Shown in pieces: positions 54,357 to 64,000 of a DNA stretch of 64,000 nt. Origin of the DNA: Octopus sinensis. Taxonomy: Eukaryota. Positions within the stretch are counted from its first letter, which is position 1. Each line of letters opens with the position of its first letter. The notes under the pieces are model-generated. The model was not told the DNA's origin. It saw only the letters and a list, made by a program, of their open reading frames with translations, and ran no database searches. Both the position numbers and the translations under genes were made by a program. The stretch spans positions 55,056,001 through 55,120,000 of the forward strand of contig NC_043007.1 of NCBI RefSeq assembly GCF_006345805.1, written 5' to 3'.

Positions 54357-57300
54357 GGGAGAGACACCGGGGACGTTTAAGATGTAAGAAGGAAAATACA
54401 GAGCTCCGAAATCTATCCACAAACATCGAAAACAAGGACACCCTATGGAGCCAAAGATTTACTAACAAAGAATTGGACTATATCCGAGTAAGTAATACTA
54501 ATTGAAATTTATTACTATTTCCGAAACGAAATGATGTATTTTGACTCGATATTATCTCCACCTCTAACACAACACATGTAAACATGCGTGGAACAACACA
54601 ATCATCCCCGACCTCAAACACCATGTACAAAGGAACTACGAAGAAATTAAATGCCACCGATACTATTCAACCCAAGAATAACAATCGAGCGGTACGTACA
54701 TTAAACCTACAACAAAAAATGTACAAAAAACTACACGTGCGAAATAATGTGACAACAGAAATAAACGGACCGGTACCCTACGAAAATGACGACCGTCAAA
54801 ATAATGGGCCGGACGTTGTACCTCATGTCCCGCAATTAAAACCCAAAAGACGTAAATGGACACGCGAGGAATACATTTCTATCTTACACGCATACTTCAC
54901 AGCAATGTTCTACCCACAAAATGAAAATACAACAACACATACATATAAAATATGGAAGGAAAATAATAGAGATATAGACTTGGATACAGCAATGAACCCT
55001 AATAAATTAGCTAACGTACGAAGATACATTCTCAAAGCCAAAAAAATATCAGAAATAGAACATTTAAAAGAAAAAATACACCAGGAAAATGTAGATAGAA
55101 GCCACACAACAATGCCCAATAATATAAACACTGAAACTGTAAAACACGAAGACAAACGCAACATTCCCAACAAACACGATGTAAACAACGAAGGGGAGCA
55201 TAATGATTATGATAATATAAAAAATAAAATAATCAAAGAACTGAAAACCACAGAGCCCAAAATGGACCACCGACCATACCTCCAAAGAATAAAAATAAAC
55301 GCAATAACAACACCAATTATAAACAACATAAACCTAGCCGTCACTGAACTAGCCACTGAAACAAAAAAAAGTGATATCACTGAACTAAATGACTTGATAT
55401 ACGCAGCAGCCACTGCAGCCACAAAAGAAGCTGGATACTCACCCAAACCCGCCCAAACAGGAGTACCACCACCCAAACAAACCCTGTGGATAAATAACAT
55501 CCAAACCAAAATAAAAAAAATTAGAAAAGACCTGTCGATTCTTAATGAAATCAGCAAACAAGCAATGCTACTAAGCAACAAAAAGAGAACAAAAAAGATT
55601 TGCCGGAGATAAAAGAAAAGCTGAAGCAAGATATCCTTGCCAAAGCTCAAAGGATCCGCCGGTACGAGAAACGCCAACGTTTCTTTGAACAGAACAAAAA
55701 GTTCAACTCCGACCCCAAAAAGTTCTACCAAGAACTGGGCAAAAATAAAATAGAAGTCACTGCAGCACCAACGGCAGAAGAATTGGAAGAATTCTGGAGA
55801 GAAATATGGTCGGCGAACGAACAGCCAAAAAAAAAGGAGTATGAAAATAACAAACTCGGCATCTGAACAACTTTGGACCCCCATAACAACTGAAGAGGTC
55901 ACCCAGGCACTGCAAAAACTAAGCAACTGGAAGGCACCTGGGCATGACAAGATCCCCAACTTCTGGTTGAAATATCTAACAGGAATGCACAAAAAGCTGG
56001 CTGAAAACTTTAACAGCATACTAGCAGAGCCAGAGACAATGCCTAAATGGCTCACGAAGGGGAAAACCATCTTAATTCCCAAATCAAATGAAACAACAAA
56101 ACCAGAAAACTACAGACCAATAACCTGCCTCCCTACTATGTTCAAGGCATTTACTGCAGTGATATCGCAAAGGCTGAACAAGCACCTGGACGAAAACAAA
56201 CTGTTCCCAGAAGAGCAGAAAAGATGCCGCAAGGGCTCATATGGCTGTAAAGATCAACTAATGATTAATAAAGCCGTAACCGAAGACAGCCACAGAAAGA
56301 AGAAAGGCCTCAGTATGGCCTGGATTGACTACAAAAAGGCGTTTGATAGCATCCCCCACACATGGATCCTCGAAACACTAGCCATTAACAAAGTAGCACC
56401 AACAATCATAAAATTCATAGAGCACTCTATGAATAAATGGCAAACAGTCCTACACCTCCAAACAAAAGAGGGACTCATGAAAACCAAAGACATCCCCATT
56501 AGAAGAGGAATATTCCAGGGAGACACGCTCTCTCCACTCCTTTTCTGCTTGGCACTGTCACCTCTATCTGATATGCTAAATAGAACTGGATATAAATGTT
56601 ACGGCAAAACGATCAGCCACCTTTTATATATGGATGACCTAAAACTATACGCTGCAAATGACAAACAGCTGGAAACACTATTAAAGACAGTTCATGGATT
56701 TACCAAAGAAATAGATATGAAATTTGGATTAGAAAAATGCGCCAAAGTAACCATGAAAAGAGGAAAACTAGTTAAGAGTAACAACATCACACTAGATAAA
56801 ACCAATGAAATAAAAGAAATAGACCAAAGCCAAACTTACAAATACTTAGGAATCCATGAACTAGATAAGACACAACACACACAAATGAAAGAGAAAATAA
56901 AAAAAGAATATTATAGACGAGTTAGATCAATACTAAAAACAGAGCTCAATGCTAAAAACAAGATAATAGGTATCAACACTTTAGCTGTCCCAGTTATAAG
57001 TTACAGCTACAATATCCTTAACTGGACACGAAATGAACTGTCCAAAATAGATAGGAAAACAAGAAAAATACTGACAGGATCTAGGATGCATCACCCAAAA
57101 TCTGACATAGAAAGACTATATATACAACGTATAGAAGGTGGTAGAGGCCTTATACAGCTGGAAAACTACTATAAAATAACCACCATAGGACTGCAAAAAT
57201 ACCTACTTCAGAAGGAAGGAAAACTGATCCAGATAGCAGCAAAACACGAGCAAAACAAAAAACTGTTCTCAGTATTTAAGGAAGCTGACAAATACAGACA

Positions 57301-58282
57301 AGAAATCATACCACCTAATAAACACAAAGAAGAAGAAGAAGATGATGAAGAAACAACAAAAGCTATAAAACAAATGAAATCCAAACTAAAAATAGAGCAG
57401 CAACGAACCATGATAAAACGATGGCAAGAAAAGCCCCTTCATGGTAAATACTGCACTAAACTAAACGCAAAAGAAATAGACAAAGAAAAATCCCAGCAAT
57501 GGTTGAGAAGCTCAGGACTCAAAGCAGAAACAGAGGGATTTTTAATTGCAGCACAAGACCAAAGCCTCCCCACCAGAAATTACCAAAAACATGTAATGAA
57601 AAGAAATATTACAAGTAACTGCAGAATATGTGGAGATGGACAAGAAACAATAAATCATATTATCTCTAGCTGCCCAGTCCTGGCTAAGAAGGAATATATT
57701 CACAGACATGACAGAGTTGGAACCTACATACATTGGAAGCTATGCCAACATTATGGAATAACAACAGAAAAAAGATGGTATAGGCACACACCAGAAAAGG
57801 TCACAGAAAACGAGAAAGCATGGGATATGCCGATACACACAGATAGAGAAATTAAGGCCAACAGGCCAGATATAGTTGTCAGAGATCATGAAGAAAAAAA
57901 ATGCTTTCTAATTGATGTATCAATACCGGCAGATAACAACGTGTCTCTAAAAGAAATGGAGAAACTCTCAAAATACAAAGACCTGGAAATAGAGATAACT
58001 AGAATGTGGAACCTGAAAACAGAAACAATTCCTATCATAGTAGGTGCATTAGGCATGATAAAAAAATATTCAGACAAATACATAACAAAAACACCAGGAC
58101 TTACAAACACATATAACATACAGAAAATTGCACTACAAGGCACTGCACACATCCTACGCAGAACACTTTCCATACAATAACCATCAGAGCATCACAACAA
58201 ATCACAGCACGTACCCAAGGCACACAGAGCTGCGCTCGGTAGTGAAGTGAAAGCACGCTATAAAAATAAAATAAAACTACTG
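54353..58282 (+). mobile_element. Near full-length R4/Dong-clade LINE in (AAT)n; ORF 54584-58180 with two frameshifts
   Basis: RRKWTREE N-terminus, RT YRPITCL/IDYKKAFDS/YMDD, CCHC, RPDIVV..LIDVSIP; (AAT)n on both sides. Confidence 0.92.
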
Positions 58283-58309
58283 AATAATAATAATAATAAT
58301 AATAATAAT

Positions 58310-58540
58310 TTTTTATTTCTTTATTGCCCACAGGGGGCTAAACATAGAGGCGACAAACAAGGACAGACAAGGGGATTAAGTCGATTATATCGACCCCAGT
58401 GCGTCACTGGTACTTATTTAATCGACCCCGAAAGGATGAAAGGCCAAGACGACCTCGGCGGAATTTGAACCCAGAACGTAACGGCAGACGAAGTACCGCA
58501 AAGCATTTCGCCCGACGTGTTAACGTTTCTGCCAATCTTA
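58310..58540 (-). mobile_element. tRNA-derived SINE (short family)
   Basis: Homologous to 3400-3650. Confidence 0.85.
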
Positions 58541-58734
58541 CAGGGAAAAATTCAATTGAGTAATACTAAATCAAATTTCACAATATATAATACATGTATA
58601 AAAATTAGAAAAGAAGCGCCATGTAGCAATTCAACAATGATATACTTAAATCATGCCATATAGTAAAAATTTAAGATACGATAAAACATTTACCTAGAAC
58701 TAAATAAATTACGAAATGATAAATAATTGCTCTT

Positions 58735-59115
58735 TTACTCTTTTACTTATTCAGTCATTTGACTGCGGCCATGCTGGAGCACCGCCTTTAGTCGAGCAAA
58801 TCGACCCCAGGACTTATTCTTTGTAAGCCTAGTACATATTCTATCGGTCTCTTTTTACCGAACCGCTAAGTTACGGGGACGTAAACACACCAGCATCGGT
58901 TGTGAGGCGATGTTGGGGGACAATCACAGACACAAACACACACATATATATACACATACATATATACGACGGGCTTCTTTCAGTTTCCGTCTACCAAATC
59001 CACTCACAAGGCTTTGGTCGGCCCGAGGCTATAGTAGAAGACACTTGCCCAAGGTGCCACGCAGTGGGACTGAACCCGGAGCCATGTGGTTGGGAAGCAA
59101 GTTTCTTATCACACA
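58735..59115 (-). mobile_element. tRNA-derived SINE (long family)
   Basis: Homologous to 4820-5270. Confidence 0.9.
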
Positions 59116-59159
59116 GTCACAAATAAATTTATTTTTAGATGGAATATAAAAAAAAAACA

Positions 59160-59790
59160 GTACTACTGCCTCCATTGCTAGCAACGTGACCAGATATAAC
59201 AACAGTGACACCCTCTGTCAGCCCAACACCGCTTTTAACACCTCTGGCCCTTCTTTGGCAATAACAGGCCATATGAATCGGATCGCAACAGGGATCAGTA
59301 CTAAGCCCCCTACAATTCCGGGTACCCCAACTCTGTCCGCTCGATTGTTTCTGTTTACCCTATAACGTACTACATAAATGCCGGGTAATAATAACACCAC
59401 GTTCCCACCAGGTTAGGATCTACATGAACGGCACTGTTAATTTGAAGCGACGCTACCGGGCTACATCAGTTCATTTTCAATTTGAGCCTCTAAACTCTCT
59501 ACATTCCTGGCAACATACCTACAAAACATCAAGTCCCAAAATATTCCCTACACTCTGTCCTGGTCCATAGTCTGTGAAGCCCCTCACTACAATACTAACC
59601 TCCATATTTGTAAGTGCGTTCAAGGGAATAGCTCGCTATCCTCCGATACCATACCCACTAATTACTCGATAGGTTCTCTGACGTAAGGTTTTCATGAAAG
59701 CGCTCATTTTATTCCTCATCTGCTCATAACGTATAATCTCTATAATTACTCCTAATTTCGATTCAGCCTTCACTTACCACTTAGCTATGC
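59160..59790 (+). mobile_element. Degenerate PLE linker and GIY-YIG remnant
   Basis: KSQNIPYTLSWSIVCEAPHY..ICK. Confidence 0.55.
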
Positions 59791-60207
59791 TAGAAGTATA
59801 TTACTCTCTTTTACTCTTTTACTCTTTTACTTGTTTCAGTCATTTGACTGCGGCCATGCTGGAGCACCGCCTTTAGTCGAGCAAATCGACCTCGGGACTT
59901 ATTCTTTGTAAGCCCAGTACTTATTCTATCGGTCTCTTTTGCCGAACCGCTAAGTGACGGGGACGTAAACACACCAGCATCGGTTGTCAAGCAATGCTAG
60001 GGACAAACACAGACACAAACACACACACACATACATATATATATACATATATACGACAGGCTTCTTTCAGTTTCCGTCTACCAAATCCACTCACAAGGCA
60101 TTGGTCGGCCCGGGGCTATAGCAGAAGACACTTGCCCAAGATGCCACGCAGTGGGACTGAACCCGGAACCATGTGGTTGGTTAGCACGCTACTTACCACA
60201 CAGCCAC
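59785..60207 (-). mobile_element. tRNA-derived SINE (long family)
   Basis: Homologous to 58735-59115. Confidence 0.9.
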
Positions 60208-61052
60208 TCCCGCGCCTTTTTCCTTCTCTATTTCCTTCTCTTTTTCCTTCTCTATCTCTCTCTCTCCCCCTGTCTCCCCCATCTCCCCCTCTTACTCTCT
60301 CTCTCTCTTTGTCGAGTCACTTTCTGTTTCTCTGTCTCTGTCTCTGTCTGTCTGTCTGTCTCTCTATACTCTTTGTACCTTTCTTTATAACTCAGTATAT
60401 CTTACTCTGTCGCTATCCCACCCTCATTCCTCGAATTCCCTTGTTGCCTCTTACTGGCTTCATCTATAACCATTACCATTCAGCCCTAACTTACCCCTTG
60501 ACTCTGTTAGCAACATAACACTTCTCTCCCTGTCTTTCTGTTTATCTCTCTATCTACTCTCCTTATAATTTTCTCCTTGCCACAGCATATCTTCCCTCTT
60601 AATTCTCTTCGTACCTCTCTCCATATCTCAACAGCCCTTCTCCGCTAACCAACTTCCATTCTCTATTTCATTCATCACATCTCCCTCTAGTTTCCTACAG
60701 ATTCAGCCATCCCTGATTGATTAAAGATCTGTTTACCGCTATGTCTCACCAACAGCGGCATTCTTTCACAATACTGAACTATCTCACCTCTCTCTCCCTT
60801 CTTCCGTCTCACCACTTCTACTTTTTCTCCATCCCCGACTACACTCCTCATCTTGTATTTCTTATTCCTTGTTGCTGTTCCTCTACTTCTCCCCTACCCT
60901 CCCTAAGACACCTCCTCTCCCTGGCTTTTACTCCTCTCCCATTCAGTTGAATTAGGTATTTCAGTTGAAGTACCAAGTCAGTCCGGTATTAATCTGCACA
61001 GCTCGTAGTAAGGTGAATAAAATCAAAATAGGTAATAGGATATCAAGAAGTG

Positions 61053-61141
61053 ATGCAATACAACCGTTCCAAGCGGCTCCATTTAATTGAACAATGCAAT
61101 CATTACATCAATTTTAAATGCAGGTCTATCATCAGCTGCAT
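61053..61141 (-). ncRNA. Hammerhead motif (A13G), paralog of the 50305 and 50472 motifs
   Basis: ATGCAG-CTGATGA...GGAA-CGGTTG-TA-TTGCAT. Confidence 0.45.
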
Positions 61142-61259
61142 AAATAAATAGAATTTTAATCAGTTGGACACATTAATATACTTTTTCTCAAATACTTTAA
61201 CAGCAAGAAGATGGAAGAAATCCATGTTGTCGCTATTGTAGCTAAGAATAGACTACACT

Positions 61260-61800
61260 TCCAAGAAAGGCATGAAGCCCACTGGGATCATAGCTTGTAA
61301 AGGATTGAGGTTCATTTCTAATTTATTTGTATTTTTATCAACTACTAAATCTAATATTAGAGGACTGTGTCTGTTTGGAATGAAGGGCAAGAATGAGTTG
61401 ACAGCTCATGGCTAGGTATGGTCATAAATATTTTCCAGGATAATCCTGCTGTTTGACTGATTTGCCCGACTAAGTCCGATATAGGTCGACTTAGTAAATC
61501 TATTCTGGATTCTATACTACCCCTAATGATTCCTAATCTATCGCTCAAATTATGGGTTGATACGGATGAAAGGATATATTGGTTCAAATCCATTGAAAAT
61601 ATACATAATTATTCGTTTATTCAATTTGATATTAACAGTTATTATTATAGTATATCTCCTATTCTTCTTAACAAATCCCTAATTTTCGCAAAAAACCCCT
61701 CTCTCTCATAACTAGGGATAAAAATGGCATTATTCTTTTAGCCACGACGACTATTATAGAATTTGAGGGTAAGCTATGGACGAGGTCCAATACCCCTGAT
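61260..61800 (+). mobile_element. Penelope-type RT fragment
   Basis: PTKSDIGRLSKSILD..LW..WFKSI..FIQFDINSYY.SIS..LLNKSL.FA. Confidence 0.8.
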
Positions 61801-61804
61801 AATC

Positions 61805-61965
61805 ACATCCGCCAAGCAAGGAGGTTATGTTTTCACTGGCGTTGTTTGTCCGCCTGTTCATCTTTGTGCAAAATAACTCAAAATGTTGTGAACGGTATTT
61901 GATGAAACTTGCAGGAAAAGTTGGTAATGACACAAGGAACAGATGATTTTGGTAGTGATCCGAGA
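61805..61965 (+). mobile_element. Helentron/HINE-like non-autonomous repeat fragment
   Basis: CCGCCAAG..GGAGGTTATGTTTTCAC..ATAACTCAAAA..GACACAAGGAACAGATGA..GATCCG pattern, recognised from memory only. Confidence 0.45.
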
Positions 61966-62298
61966 ATTTTTATGGATTCTTGAAGGATGTTTCATTTGTT
62001 ATATTTACTTTACATGAAGTATTACAATATTACGTTCTTTGATTATCTCCCTTGAAAACACATCGTTGGGACACATATAAATCTATATTGGCTCTTCTCA
62101 TTGTTGATGCCGTCCCCTATATAGGTACAAATGTAATTCTTTCCTAAGTAAATTGCACTTCTTATTCGAGGCTCTGATGAAGCTATAAGGTGTTATTCAG
62201 ACGCTTAACTATGAGCCCACTACATCTGATAGCAAAAGCTGCTGTAAGCAAATGAAGTTCATAAGATAATATTTTATTTCTTTGTTATCTGTCTTTCT

Positions 62299-62343
<45 letters not shown>

Positions 62344-62359
62344 ACAAACATACACTCAT

Positions 62360-62700
62360 ATCATCATCATCATCATTATCACTTAACGTCCATCTTCCAT
62401 GCATGCATTGGTAGGACTGTTGACAAGAGCCGGCCATGTAGAAAATCTACTCAAGGCTACTCTGTCTGTTTTGGCAGGGCTTTTATAGGAGGATGTTCTT
62501 CCTTACTCCAACTTAGTGCTTTTTACGTGGCACTAGCACGGACGAAGTTAGTTTTGGCAAGATTTTTACAGCTGGATGCCCTTCCAGATGTAAACCACGT
62601 TACAATGTGAACTGGAAGCTTTTAAGGTGGCACCAGCACTGGCAGAGTAACCAAATAGCTCACAAGACAAGGCCTTATGAGAGCGGCAGAGCATTTGTGC
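62360..62700 (-). mobile_element. RTE-related modular repeat
   Basis: Paralog of 25440-25760. Confidence 0.55.
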
Positions 62701-62851
62701 CAGAGGATGAAAGTGTGACAAAAAGACAGAGAGACAGAAGCAGATGTCTTGTCACAACAGAGGGAGCATTAGACTGGGTGATCTAGTATCAAGTGATGAA
62801 AAGTTAGGGTGTAACAAGAGAGGCATAGAGAAGGTACATAGTTACCCAGTG

Positions 62852-62882
<31 letters not shown>

Positions 62883-63040
62883 GATAGAGAGAGAGAGAGA
62901 GAAAGAAGAGAGAGAGAGAAAGAGAGAAAGAGAAAGAGAGAGAGAAGATAGAGAGTGAGAGAGGTTCAGAAAAAGGCCAAAAACAAGTGTACTGATGTAA
63001 AGGTGATACTTGGTTACCTAATCACAGGAAAACCTAGAGG

Positions 63041-63138
<98 letters not shown>

Positions 63139-63379
63139 GGAAACAGCAAAAGTATAAGAGAGAGCAGAAGAGAGATGGTGTAGTGCTAGTGCAAGTAACA
63201 AGAATATGAGCGTAGAACCTGGTTAGAAAAATAGGGAGTGGGTGTGTGGAGCAGTGATACAGTGAGCACGACATTGAAGGCAAGAGAAGGATTGGAAAAC
63301 AATCATAATGTATGAGGAGAAAATGTGAGGAAGAGAAAGATGCAGTTAGGAGTTGTAGTTTGATTTCTTAGGTTACAAT

Positions 63380-63870
63380 GGGTGAAAAATGTGTTGTTAC
63401 ATTTGGGTGGGACACAACTCTTCTACCACTCAGTTTTGTGGACGGGTCTTCCCTAGGACCTCATATCACCAAACATCTTGGTCTATTGTCATTTCCTCTG
63501 TGAGCCCCAACATCCGAAGATCAGCCTTCACCACTTAATCTCATGTCTTCCCGAGTCTCCCTCTTCCACAGGTACCATCCACTTTCAGCGACAAGCACTT
63601 CCGTATACAGCTGTCTTTACTCATACGCATCACATGTCCCAACCAACGCAGTTTCCTCTCCTGCATGCCACATTGAATCCTTCTTATGCCTAACTTTTTT
63701 CTCAACACAGTTGTGCTTTGTCGGTCATGCACACTGATGTTGAAAATCTAATGGAGCATTCTACCTTCATTCCTCTCCAGCCTACGCATTTCCTCCGCGG
63801 TCAGAGCCTATGTCTCACTATCATGTAACATAGCTGTTCTCACACAAGCATCATATAACCGGCCTTTCAC
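63380..63870 (-). mobile_element. RTE 3' fragment
   Basis: LRWLGHVMRM..CIRKCLSLKVDGTCGRGR.GKTW. Confidence 0.8.
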
Positions 63871-63871
63871 C

Positions 63872-63956
<85 letters not shown>

Positions 63957-64000
63957 CTTTTGCTGCCAATAGAAGTAGTAGTTCTCTGAACTTCCTCCAC

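Noticed and set aside
59672-59710. CTGACGT..GAAA-GCGC-TC after the GIY-YIG remnant
   Set aside because: Position and palindrome fit a PLE HHR, but A9 is mutated and stems I and II do not pair
62170-62217. GGCT-CTGATGA-AGC..GCT..AGCC
   Set aside because: GAAA and NUH absent

Overview
AT-rich, microsatellite-dense eukaryotic DNA, very probably octopus (inferred from the SINE families, repeat landscape and composition). It is almost entirely mobile-element debris: Penelope-like elements (PLEs), Tc1/mariner, a Tx1/L1-clade LINE, CR1, RTE, R4/Dong, Helitrons and tRNA-derived SINEs. Three things stand out. (1) Sixteen type I hammerhead ribozyme (HHR) motifs from about nine sequence families, found by eye on both strands. 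Most have palindromic stem III, several have core variants (U4C, U3-A8, A6U) or very long stem II, and many sit in inverted or tandem repeats typical of PLE pseudo-LTRs or retrozymes. (2) A candidate four-exon host gene on the minus strand (48468 to 38260), invisible to the ORF track, with two 48-nt microexons that splice in frame into an 83-aa acidic protein. (3) A near-intact Tx1-clade LINE and a stub of a relative, both inserted in (TATC)n, suggesting microsatellite targeting. All folds and alignments were done by eye; no searches were run.
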